Source: an uncultured Candidatus Rokubacteria bacterium (GTDB lineage Bacteria; Methylomirabilota; Methylomirabilia; Rokubacteriales; CSP1-6). From it: 64,000 nucleotides of DNA. Every line of letters begins with the position of its first letter. Position 1 is the first letter of the stretch. The position numbers and the translations under genes were made by a program. Positions 49,758 through 59,162 of this stretch are shown in pieces. The notes beneath the pieces were generated by a model. The model was given only the letters and a program-made list of their open reading frames with translations. It was not told the origin of the DNA and did no database searches. Location of the stretch: assembly GCA_963754315.1 (NCBI GenBank), contig CAVWFS010000019.1, forward strand, positions 448,001 through 512,000, in the 5' to 3' direction.

Positions 49758-50192
49758 GTGAGCCTGTACCTCGATTCGAGCTGCTTGCTAAAGATGCTCT
49801 TCCCCGAGCCCGAAACCATGCGCGTGATGCAGCTCGTCGCCGCCGAGGAACATGTGGTGGTGTCGACCCTGGCTCGCCTCGAGACGCTCGTCCAGATCCA
49901 GGCCCGTCGAGCGGGAGGCCTCCTCAGAGAGACTGCCGCCAGCGCGCTCGTCGCCCGTCTTGACACCGTGTTCCGGCAGACCCCCTACGAGATCGTCCGG
50001 ACGCCGGCGGAGATGGTAGACGTGGCCGAGGCGCACCTGCGCTCGCTCCCGCGCGAGGCCCACTGCCCGACCTTGGATCGTTTACATCTGGCAGTGATGA
50101 AATCGCTCGATGTGCGCCGTCTGCTCACGAACGACCAGGCGCAGGCCCGCGCAGCCAGGGCCTTGGGATTTAGCGTGATCGTTCCACACTGA
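49758..50192 (+). CDS. PIN-domain VapC toxin
   Basis: LYLDSSCLLK..EPET, LE, TLDRLHLA and LLTND..Q..AA..LG. Confidence 0.88.
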   Translation: MSLYLDSSCLLKMLFPEPETMRVMQLVAAEEHVVVSTLARLETLVQIQARRAGGLLRETAASALVARLDTVFRQTPYEIVRTPAEMVDVAEAHLRSLPREAHCPTLDRLHLAVMKSLDVRRLLTNDQAQARAARALGFSVIVPH

Positions 50193-50421
50193 CGCCGTGG
50201 AGACCCTGAAGGGTTCCCGACGAACGCTCCATCAGGGTCCATCCATTCGGCCAGAGCGTCCGCTACCAGGGCTTGGTTGGGGGCTCACCTCGACGATGTC
50301 GCCGTCGAACGCGATCTCGCTTCCCCCGACCCTATCGAATTTCTCCGTAAGCTTCAACATAATATTTATGCTTACACTAGTTGGTCAGAGCTTCAGAGTA
50401 TATTGATCCTTACACGGGAAA

Positions 50422-51144
50422 ATGGCCGACAACAATCAGGCGACCGCCGCACAGATCCAGCAGGTCCAGCCCCGGGTCGGCCTTACGGCCAGGGCGCGGC
50501 TTCAGTGGGCGCTTGATTTCGCGCAGCGGGACTTCAAGTCTCTCACCGTGGGAGATCTTGCCAACCTTCAGCTGGAATTCCTGGCCTTCAGAGACTTCCT
50601 GATCAGTCCCGACATGGTGAATGACCCGAGGATTCCAGCCCTGCTCGCCGACCACGTACGCCTCAAATCCAAGGAGAGTCCTCCACCGCCGCCGCGGGGG
50701 GCGACGCTCGAGACCATACGGTGGGTTAAAGTCGACCCCCGACCACTCCCGACCAAGACTGCCTTGCGCCGGGCCCAATCCCTTTGGCGGGAGATGATCG
50801 TGCCCCTGCTGGAGCCGGACGGCATGATGACCCGAGTCCGCTACTTCCGGGTCAGCGTCGATATCCAGCGGCTCGATCAGATCGGACGCTCACACATGAG
50901 TCTCAAGGCCGAGCAGGATCCGTCCGCGCAGCTTCATGTGGCGACTCTCCTGGGCGCCTATGCGCACCTGGTTCACGTCTGCCCCGAGTCGGTATGCCGA
51001 CGCTGGTTCGTGGCCACGCGCCGTGGACAGGTGTACTGTGGCCGGACCTGTCAGAACCGGGCGACGATCCGTGAATACCGCGCGGCGGCGCAGGCAGAGA
51101 CTCCAGAGCGCCCGCCCCGCCGCCGGAAAGCATCTCGTCCCTGA
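50422..51144 (+). CDS. CGNR zinc-finger-like domain protein
   Basis: C-terminal CPESVCRRWFV..YCGRTCQNRA followed by a basic tail. Confidence 0.7.
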   Translation: MADNNQATAAQIQQVQPRVGLTARARLQWALDFAQRDFKSLTVGDLANLQLEFLAFRDFLISPDMVNDPRIPALLADHVRLKSKESPPPPPRGATLETIRWVKVDPRPLPTKTALRRAQSLWREMIVPLLEPDGMMTRVRYFRVSVDIQRLDQIGRSHMSLKAEQDPSAQLHVATLLGAYAHLVHVCPESVCRRWFVATRRGQVYCGRTCQNRATIREYRAAAQAETPERPPRRRKASRP

Positions 51145-51508
51145 TCAGAGCATCAAGCCGCAGTGATATTGTTCGTTGATCGAGTCGCCTTGGAGCGCAA
51201 CGATTGAACAGAGGGGAGTTACGCCCGTTCGATCTCGTCGATAATCTGAGATCGCTCAATCCCTGACCCGATCCAAGGATCATTCCGACCTCTCTGTCCG
51301 CCTCGCCGACCTCGGAGAGTTCCCCGCGGCGCTGGCCGTGGCGGAAGAGGCCGGCCGGAGTCGGCCCAGCATCACCTCGCCACCGCCCAGCATGTTCCGG
51401 GACGTGGACATGATGGGATGAAAGCGCTGCGTCTCCGCGCACGGTGAGATTACCGTGGGCGTTAGGACAACACTCGATGGCGGCAGCCGCGAGAGGAGGG
51501 CGCAGCAA

Positions 51509-52582
51509 ATGCAATATATCGCGTTCGATGCCCACAAACATTACACGCTGGCCTCGGTGGCCACTCCCGACGGGCGGTTGGTTCTGAGGAGCGGATCGAG
51601 CATGACCGGGGAGCGTTGCGCGCGCGAATCCCTCGGGAGCTGCGAGCGGGGATCGCCGGTGGCGGTGGAAACCGTCGGCAACTGGTATCGATAGTCGACG
51701 AGATCGAGGCGGCGGGCCTGCATCGCCGAGCTGGCGTGCACGCCCGCAAGGCGAAACTGATGATGGGCATGATCAACAAGACCGATCAGCTCGACGCGCG
51801 CGGGCGTCAACAGGCTCCAACGCAACGGCACTTTGCCCGACGGTCTGGATTCTCCCGGGCGCCTTGCGTGACGAACGCGACCTTCCCCGCACGCGGATGG
51901 TGCTCGTCTGGGAGCGCACGCAGCTTAAGAATCGAATTCCCGCTCACCTTGGCCAAGTACGCCTTTGACGATCTGGAGGCAATCGACCTCTTCGCCGCGC
52001 GGGGCCGCGCCGTGCCGAGCAGCGCCTCGAGCTTGTGCCGCCCGACACGGCGTACGCCACTGAGCTCCTGCTCGAGCAGGTCGAGAATCTGGACCGCCAG
52101 GTGCCCGGGTTAAAGCAGACGGATCCGGGCCGTGGTCGAGCGCGCCGCCCGCCATTCAGCTGCTCATGAACCTGCCGGGGGTGGGCGCTCACCCTCGCCG
52201 TCGTAATCGCGCTCGAGGTGGGCGACATCAAGCGGCTTTCGTCACGCGCCGAAAAGCTGGCCGCCTACGCGGGGACCACCCCCGCGTCCACGCCAGCGGC
52301 GGGAAGACCCGCTTCGGACGGCTCCGCCCCGACGTCAACCACTACCTCAAGTGGGCCTTCATCGAAGCGGCCAACTCGATCTGCATCAGGCGCGGGCGCG
52401 CCCCCCACCGTCACGTCAGTCGTCTCTATGAGCGCATCGCCCGGCGCAAAGGCCACCCCAAGGCCATCGGTGCCGTGGCCCGGCATCTGGCCGAAGCCAC
52501 CTATTGGATCCTCAGCAAACAGGAACCCTACCGGGAACCGAAGGCCACCGCCGTTTCGTCCACGAGGGATAAGCGCGGCTAA
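51509..52582 (+). pseudogene. IS110-family DEDD transposase/recombinase, multiply frameshifted
   Basis: RBS GAGGAGG. MQYIAFDAHK, VAVETVGNWY, KTDQLDA, LPGVG, EVGDIKR, KLAAYAG, HASGGK, YLKWAFIEAA and KAIGAVARHLA are spread across frames. Confidence 0.9.
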
Positions 52583-52700
52583 CCGCATGAGCTCATGAAG
52601 CTCGGGACATGATTGCGGCATCCCTCGAGACAACCATCATGCCGCCCACGACGGCGAAGGATATCCCTCCGAAGAAACGGGTTTGATGACACCAACACCG
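52563..52700 (+). ncRNA. Putative bridge/seek RNA of the IS1111-type element (3' limit uncertain, may extend toward 52960)
   Basis: Stem CGAGGGAT/ATCCCTCG encloses target-matching AACCGCAT and GGACAT around a GAGCT/AGCTC hairpin. A second unit has donor-matching CCATCAT and GATAT around a GCCG/CGGC hairpin. Confidence 0.75.
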
Positions 52701-53080
52701 CTGACGGCGTGAGTCCGCGAGCCCACCAGCGAGAGCCCGCGCAGACCGATCCCCTTTTCGCGAGGTCAGTGTGGTCGATGACGCGTTGCGCTGGGGCTGG
52801 CGAGCGTGCGATCGCAAGGGGGGCCGCTACCCCGGGTATCCCCTCAGCAGCCACCGTGGACAGTGCTCCGCAATTTACACGGCGCGTCTGCGAGTAGCTC
52901 ACGGGACTCTCCGCCTCGTAGAGGAAAATCGGATGTAGTACGGAACCGAGACCCGCGATTGACCGGCGCAAGCGCTTTCAGATATGCGGTTCTGGCTGGA
53001 GCAGGCGGAGGCGACGATGAGAGAGATGGCGTGAGCAGCGACCTGGCGTACCGCGCGCCTACCTGCCCGCTCGCCGAGCC

Positions 53081-53377
53081 GTGCTATGGTGTGGGTCCTT
53101 GATCCATCTCGGCCTGCAGCTCCGGGAGGTAGTCATAAACCCAGGTAGTCATATACCCGCTGTTGATTCGTACGCTCACCGTGGCCACCGCATTGCTGGC
53201 GAGGATCGACTGGAGAAAGCCACCTACAGGCCGGGAGAGCATGGCCGACTGATTCGGCCAGACGGCACCGAGCAGTGGTGGGTGAGATCGCCGCAAGGGA
53301 CATGGGTCGCTCTCCGGCATCAGCGGGTCATGCCGAACGACGACGGCAGCATCACGCTGCTGCTATTGGAGCGGTGA
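53081..53377 (+). CDS. Small hypothetical protein (start uncertain)
   Basis: The C-terminal part (RPDGTEQWWVRSPQGTW..NDDGSITL) looks protein-like; no family recognised. Confidence 0.35.
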   Translation: MLWCGSLIHLGLQLREVVINPGSHIPAVDSYAHRGHRIAGEDRLEKATYRPGEHGRLIRPDGTEQWWVRSPQGTWVALRHQRVMPNDDGSITLLLLER

Positions 53378-53436
53378 ACCGCCTTACACGGCCAACGCGC
53401 TCGGCTGACCATCCCGCGCTCGGGGATCATCCAGTG

Positions 53437-53535
53437 ATGAATCGCCGAACTTCATTGTGGTGGCTGCCGGTCTCCTGGCCGCGCCGCTCGCGGCTGAAGC
53501 ACAACAACCGGGAAAGGTCTACAGGATCGGCCGCT
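53437..53535 (+). pseudogene. 5' remnant of an ABC transporter substrate-binding protein gene
   Basis: With one base restored it reads MNRR(T)FIVVAAGLLAAPLAAEAQQPGKVYRIG and then breaks off. Confidence 0.65.
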
Positions 53536-53604
53536 CTTTTCCCCTCACGCTGCGACCTCGCCCGAGAAGCTGATCTCCAGCCATGCAGCGGGACGGTCGA
53601 GCAC

Positions 53605-53648
53605 CGCGAGATGGATATGCGCTTCTGGCTGGAGCAGACGGAGGCATT
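53605..53648 (+). repeat. Orphan copy of the cyclase-TPR C-terminal motif (REMDMRFWLEQTEA)
   Basis: CGCGAGATGGATATGCGCTTCTGGCTGGAGCAGACGGAGGCA is similar to 57745-57790 and to the IS flanks. Confidence 0.75.
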
Positions 53649-54076
53649 CACGGGAGCACCTCTGTGAGGAACTGCCGTGGCGTCATGACCCGGAGCGGCA
53701 GCCGGGCGCGCTGGTCCATCCAGCGTCCGAAGTCCGCCACGTCGCCCGTCACGAAGTGGCTGGCGTGGGCGCCGATCGCCGCCGCCAGGAGTGGCCGATC
53801 CTTTGACGACAGCTCCGGAGGCGTCAGCAGCTCGACGTCGGCCGGCGCCGGCTCCTCGACGACTCGAACCCCGGTGAGGCCTCGACGCAGGGCGAGCAAC
53901 GCCGCGGGGCGCTTGGTCTCGAGATTCCGCTCGGCCTCGATGATCGCCAGGGGCGAGGTCACGAGCGTGACTCGGCCCGCCGCTCCCAACTCGATCAGGA
54001 GTGCCGAGAGTCCGTCCGGGCTATACGCGGCGGTGAAGAGAACGTTCGCGTCAAGGAACACACGGAGGTCAGCCAC
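53648..54076 (-). CDS. PIN-domain toxin
   Basis: RVFLDANVLF, EAERN, KDRPLLAAA and FVTGD..DF. Confidence 0.88.
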   Translation of the reverse strand: MADLRVFLDANVLFTAAYSPDGLSALLIELGAAGRVTLVTSPLAIIEAERNLETKRPAALLALRRGLTGVRVVEEPAPADVELLTPPELSSKDRPLLAAAIGAHASHFVTGDVADFGRWMDQRARLPLRVMTPRQFLTEVLP

Positions 54077-54368
54077 GTCCGCGACGGCGCCGCGCGGCCG
54101 GCTTGAGGCCCCAGCGCCGGCGCAGCGCCGCCCGCTCTTGCGGGCTCATGCGATCGGCCTCGACCAGACGCTTGACCTCCTCGTCGACATAGAGCGAGAC
54201 GGGGGTGACGGCCGCGGGATCCAGGACGATTTTCCCGCCTTCCTCCCGCAGCAACAGGACCGAACCCGAGGCAAGCCGCAGGCGTGCGCGCACGCGTTTG
54301 GGCAAAGTGATCTGGCCCCTCGGAGAGACGATCAGGGTCGTCGTCGGCCCAGACGGGCGGGAAGCCAT
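54069..54368 (-). CDS. AbrB/MazE/SpoVT-family antitoxin
   Basis: VSPRGQITLPK.VR..L.L..G. An upstream IR GCAGAA-T-TTCTGC (54393-54405) is a candidate operator. Confidence 0.85.
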   Translation of the reverse strand: MASRPSGPTTTLIVSPRGQITLPKRVRARLRLASGSVLLLREEGGKIVLDPAAVTPVSLYVDEEVKRLVEADRMSPQERAALRRRWGLKPAARRRRGRG

Positions 54369-54449
54369 CGCTTCACCTCCGGCCTCATCCTAGCAGAATT
54401 TCTGCAATTCCGACGATATCGCTAAGGCCACGCCTGGGGTGACGCCGGC

Positions 54450-57400
54450 ATGAAGTGCCCCCGGTGCCAGCACGAGAACCCGCCGCCATCGAGGTTCTGC
54501 TTCGAGTGTGGCGCGCGCCTCGTCCCGACCTGCTCCGGTTGCGGTGCCGAACTTCCGGCCGGGGTCAATTTCTGCAATCAGTGCGGACAGCGTGCAACGG
54601 CCCAGACTCCCGCCAATGCTCGCCTCGTGTCACCGGAGACCTACACCCCCAGGCACCTCGCCGAGAAGATCCTCACCTCCAAGGCGGCGCTCGAGGGTGA
54701 GCGCAAGCACGTGACCGTGCTGTTCGCCGACCTCAAGGGCTCGATGGAGCTGCTCGCCGACCGTGACCCCGAGGAGGCGCGCAAGATCCTCGATCCAGTG
54801 CTCGAGCGGATGATGGAGGCGGTCCACCGCTACGAGGGCACCGTCAACCAGGTGATGGGCGACGGGATCATGGCCCTGTTCGGCGCGCCGCTCGCGCACG
54901 AGGATCATGCCGTGCGCGCCTGCTATGCCGCACTGAGGATGCAGGACAGCGTGAAGCAGTACGCGGATCAGGTGCGGCGCTCGCACGGGGCCGCGGTCAC
55001 GATTCGCGTCGGGTTGAACTCCGGGGAGGTCGTCGTGCGCGCCATCGGCAGCGATCTCCACATGGACTACACGGCCGTCGGCCAGACCACCCACCTGGCC
55101 GCGCGGATGGAGCAGCTCGCCGATCCCGGCGCGATCGTGATCACGCCCGACACGCTGCGCTGGCCGAGGGCTACGTCGAGGTGAAGCCGCTCGGGCCCGT
55201 GCCGGTCAAAGGGCTCGCCGACCCGTAGAGGTCTACGAGGTGACGGGGGCGGGCCCGGCGCGGACCCGGCTACAGGCTGCCGCCCGGCGCGGGCTGACGC
55301 GCTTCGTCGGCCGCGACGCCGAGCTGGAGCAGCTCCGCCGCGCCCAGCAGCTCGCCGGCAACGGGCACGGACAAGTGGCCGCCATCGTCGGCGAGGCCGG
55401 GGTGGGTAAGTCGCGCCTGTTCTATGAGTTCACCCACTCCCATCGCCTGCAGGGCTGGTTGATTCTGGAAAGTGGGTCCGTGTCCTACGGGAAAGCGACC
55501 GCCTACTTGCCCGTCATCGACCTGCTCAAGGGGTATTTCAAGATCCAGGACAGAGACGATGAGCGGGAGATCCGTGACAAGGTGATCGGCCGGGTGCTGG
55601 GGCTCGATCGGTCACTCGGATCGCTGCTGGCACCCGTGCTCGCCCTCCTGGATGTTCCCCTGGAGGATCCAGAGTGGGCGACTCTGGATCCGCCCCAGCG
55701 GCGCCAGCGTACCCTCGATGCCGTCAAGCGGCTGCTGCTCCGGGAGAGCCAGGTGCAGCCACTGGTGCTCGTCATCGAAGATCTCCACTGGATCGACAGC
55801 GAAACGCAGGCGCTGCTGGACAGCCTGGTGGACAGCCTCGGGTCCATGCGGGTGCTGCTCCTGGTCAACTATCGCCCCGAGTACGAGCACCGCTGGGGAA
55901 AGAAGACCTACTACACCCACCTACGCCTCGAGAACCTGCCGCCGGAGAGCACAAGCGAACTGCTTGATACCGTCCTGGGTGATGCCCCCGGGCTCGAGCC
56001 GCTCAAACAGATGCTCCGCCGGCGTGGCAATCCCTTCTTCCTCGAGGAAACCGTCCGTACGCTCGTGGAAACGAGGGTCCTGGAAGGCGAACGCGGAGCG
56101 TATCGGCTGGCGCGGCCGGTGCAAAGCCTCCAGATTCCCGCCACGGTCCAGGCGATCCTTGCCGCCCGATCGACCGGCTGCCGCCGGAGGAAAAGCAGCT
56201 CCTGCAGACGGCCTCGGTCATCGGCAAGGATGTGCCGTTGGCCATTCTGTTGGCGATCGCGGAGCTAACCGAGGAGACGCTCCGGCGGGCGCTTGCACAC
56301 CTGCAGGAGGCGGAGTTTCTCTACGAGATGAGCCTCTTCCCGGATCTGGAGTACACCTTCAAGCACGCTCTCACCCACGAAGTCGTCTACGGAGGTCTCC
56401 TCCACGATCGCCGCCGGCAGCTCCATGCGGCCATCGTGGAGGCCATGGAGCGCCACCATGCCGGCCGCCTCGGTGAGCAGGCGGAGCGGCTCGCTCATCA
56501 TGCCGTGCGAGGGGCGATGTGGGAGAAGGCGGTGACCCATCTCTGGCAGTCGGGACGGAACGCGCGGGCCCGGTCAGCATACCGCCAGGCAACGACCTTC
56601 CTCGAGCAGGCGGTGGAGGCCCTCACGAGACTGCCCGACACCGCCGAGAACGCGGCGCGCCGCATCGACCTCGTCTGTCGCGACCTGGCTGACCCGCTCG
56701 GCATGCTTGCGGAGCACCAGCGGCTCCTCGAGCACCTTCGCGCAGCCGAACGCCTCGCCGAGAAGTTCGGTGACCGTGCGCGACTCGCCGGCGCGCTGGC
56801 GCGGATGCTCCGCCCACTGCAGAGCCACCGGCCAAATTGAGCGCGCTATTGAAGTCGGTGAACGGGCGGCTCTGCTCGCGACACGAGATCGGCGACGTTC
56901 GCCTGGAGGTGCTCTCCGGAATCGAGCTGAGCTCCGTTTGCTCCTTCAGAGGCGACATGCGCCGCTCTGAGGCTCTGCTGACGCGGGCGCTTGCAGCACT
57001 GGACTCCCATTCGGCCGAGCTCCCTGAGCCAGACCGCGCATGGCTCCGGCGCATGATCTCCCAGAACCTCGTCCGGGTGCTCGGCTGAGACCGGGCGGTA
57101 CCGGGAAGCCTTCCGGCGGGGCGAAGACACCCTGCGCATGGCCGAAGAGCTCGGTCACCTCGCACCGATTGGCTGGGCGCTCGTGCAGCTCGGTCGCGCG
57201 TACTGCGGTCGCGGCGATGTCGGCAAGGCCATCGACCTGTCCGCTACGCAGTCTAGCGCTGGCTCGCGAGCACGACGTGCACAACCTGCTTCAAGCAGCC
57301 TCGGCTTCCCTGGGGGCGGCGTACACGCTTGTCGGTCGTACCGGAGAGGCCATCGCTTGTCTGGAGGGGGCAGTCGCGGTCGGAGAGTCGACGAACAGCC

Positions 57401-57808
57401 TGGATCCTTCCACGCTGGTCGCCCTTGGCTATGCCTACCTGGCGGCCGGGCGCGCGGAGGATGCCTCCGGGCGCGCAGGAGAGGCCCTGGCGGCGTGCCG
57501 CCAGCGGAACCACCCGCAAGGTCGAGGCCGACGCCCTTCACCTCATCGGTGACATCGCCGCCAGCCGCGAGGTGCCCGCGTTCGAGGACGCCGTACAGCA
57601 TTACGGCCAGGCCCTCGCCGTCGCGGACGAGCTAGGAATGCGCCCTCTGGTCGCCCACTGCCACCTCGGCCTCGGCAAGCTCTATCGGCGCACAGGCCAG
57701 CGCGAACAGGCCCGCGAGCACCTGAGCGCGGCCACGGCAATGTATTCGGATATGGACATGCCGTTCTGGCTCGCGCAGACGGAAACAGAGCTAAGGGAGT
57801 TGAGGTGA
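54450..57808 (+). CDS. Double zinc ribbon + class III adenylate/guanylate cyclase + AAA ATPase + TPR protein (several frameshifts)
   Basis: Four CxxC motifs, ERKHVTVLFADLKGS, GDGIMALFGAP..EDHA, GEAGVGKSRL, EDLHWID, GNPFFLEE, YTFKHALT and C-terminal GMRPLVAHCHLGLG. Split over ORFs starting 54450, 55240, 56232, 56837, 57138, 57040 and 57329. Confidence 0.88.
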
Positions 57809-57815
57809 TGCCGTC

Positions 57816-58271
57816 CTACGCCGACGGGACCTGGTGTTCCGTGAGCCGCATCATCAGCACGGGTATCTCGGTATGGCGCAGCACCGCTTCCGCGACCGAG
57901 CCGAATAGTAGCCGGCTGAACCCGGTCCGGCCGTGCGTGGTCATCGCGATGAGGTGGGCGTTGCATTCACGCGCCGCCGTTGCGATTTCCGCCACCGCCT
58001 GCCCGTGGCGCGCGTCGGTCGTCACCTGCACACCCCGTTTTCGCAAGTCAGCGGCCACCGAATCCAGGTAGGCCCGCGCTTCGTCCAGCCTGGCCGCCAC
58101 GTGGTCGACGGTGAACTGGGTGGTTCCCTCGATGGCTTGCGGCGCGATGGGCTCCATCACGCGGACCAGCACGACTTCCAGATCAAGCGGCCCTGCGATC
58201 TGAAGGACGAAAGGCAAAATGCCCTCCGCCATCCGCGAGCCGTCCAGGGGAATCAGTACCCGCTTGTACAT
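57816..58271 (-). CDS. Universal stress protein
   Basis: MYKRVLIPLDGS and IAMTTHGRTG.SRLLFGSVAEAVLR..IPVL. Confidence 0.93.
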   Translation of the reverse strand: MYKRVLIPLDGSRMAEGILPFVLQIAGPLDLEVVLVRVMEPIAPQAIEGTTQFTVDHVAARLDEARAYLDSVAADLRKRGVQVTTDARHGQAVAEIATAARECNAHLIAMTTHGRTGFSRLLFGSVAEAVLRHTEIPVLMMRLTEHQVPSA

Positions 58272-58309
58272 TGGCCGTACCCTCCTTAGATCCTGCTCTG
58301 AGGTGGTGC

Positions 58310-58741
58310 TCAGGGAAGCGGGTTCCTCACGTGAAGGCCCGGGAACCTTCCGAAGTCTCTGTCCGCCGACCACAGCTCACGAACTCCATGCAGCAGACAG
58401 AGAGCGGCAACGCGTGCATCGTGGACGATCGGGCCGACCACGCGGCCACGGTCCACGAGGCTTCGAAGCTCGTGCCAGTAGCCGTCGTTCTCCGCCAGGA
58501 TCTCGAGCCGGGGGGAGGTCATCCAGGCGTCGATCTGGGCAACGGCTTCTCGCGAGGTCGACGGGGGACGATAGATCTGCGGATGTGTGACCACCGCGTA
58601 GAACTCGTGCAGGCAGGGCCAAGGAATGGCCCACGGCTCCCGTCCTTCGGCCAACGAGCGCATGCACTCCCGGGCGGCGTCGTGCCAGGGCGAATCAATC
58701 CGATGGGAATATACGAGGAGATTGGTATCGGCGGCAATCAC
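58310..58741 (-). CDS. VapC PIN-domain ribonuclease toxin
   Basis: MIAADTNLLVY, HEF..VVTHP, VHDARVAA and SADRDF.RFP.L..RNPL. Confidence 0.92.
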   Translation of the reverse strand: MIAADTNLLVYSHRIDSPWHDAARECMRSLAEGREPWAIPWPCLHEFYAVVTHPQIYRPPSTSREAVAQIDAWMTSPRLEILAENDGYWHELRSLVDRGRVVGPIVHDARVAALCLLHGVRELWSADRDFGRFPGLHVRNPLP

Positions 58742-58986
58742 GCCCCTCGCCCTTCATAGATGATGGCCCGTATCTGTTCCCAGTCGCCCTCCCGGATTCC
58801 TGGCTGAACGCCCTGCCCGTTCACTCGAGCGTCCGGCAGGCTGTAGGCGGTCTTCGGTTCGCTCTCGGTGGCAAGCACGTGACGGAGCCCGGCCTCGATC
58901 AGTGCGCGAAGCGTCGTCTGGCGCTGGGCGGCCAGTTTCTTGGCCCGCGCCAGCAAGGCAGGCGCGATCTCGACCGTCGTCTTCAT
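58738..58986 (-). CDS. VapB-type antitoxin (RHH)
   Basis: MKTTVEI..ALL..AK..A..R.TTLRALIEAGLR. An upstream IR GTATGGG-TGG-CCCATAC (59007-59023) is a candidate operator. Confidence 0.85.
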   Translation of the reverse strand: MKTTVEIAPALLARAKKLAAQRQTTLRALIEAGLRHVLATESEPKTAYSLPDARVNGQGVQPGIREGDWEQIRAIIYEGRGA

Positions 58987-59162
58987 ATAGCTCGACTGTA
59001 TCATGGGTATGGGTGGCCCATACTCAAGTGGTCGCCCGCTCCAGGCGGGTTCTGGCAGGCGCAGACGGAGGCGAGGCTCTGAGTTGGAGGCGGCCGGTCC
59101 GAGAGCGCTTCAATCTGGGTCAGGATCAGGTAGTATCGGCGGTACGAACTCAGAGGAGGCTC

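Larger units (their letters stand above)
51412..52983 (+). mobile_element. IS110-family insertion sequence, IS1111 type
   Basis: Sub-terminal IRs TGAAAGCGCT (51419-51428) and AGCGCTTTCA (52971-52980), 7 nt and 3 nt from the ends. AT core at 51410-51411 and 52984-52985. Removing the element restores GTGGACATGCGGTTCTGG in frame. Long 3' non-coding end. Confidence 0.88.
51280..53034 (+). pseudogene. Remnant 3' end of a cyclase-AAA-TPR family gene, split by the IS
   Basis: Left flank encodes LADLGEFPAALAVAEEA...HHLATA..SMFRDVD. Right flank (52984-53034) encodes MRFWLEQAEATMREMA*. Together they match the C-terminus at 57700-57808 (EHLSAATAMYSDMDMPFWLAQTETELRELR*). Confidence 0.75.

Noticed and set aside
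44648..49963. ORFs 44648-45796 and 49379-49963 sharing the N-terminus LLLTGTLS.PA
   Set aside because: The similarity comes from reading the vapC repeat out of frame; both ORFs overlap better-supported genes.
54450..57808. Programmed frameshifting or phase variation in the cyclase gene
   Set aside because: The shifts are numerous, are not at long homopolymers or slippery heptamers, and match the error pattern seen in housekeeping genes.
37500..59100. Integron cassette array (many small genes and TA pairs)
   Set aside because: No integron integrase, no recurring attC (RYYYAAC...GTTRRRY) structure seen, and genes lie in both orientations.
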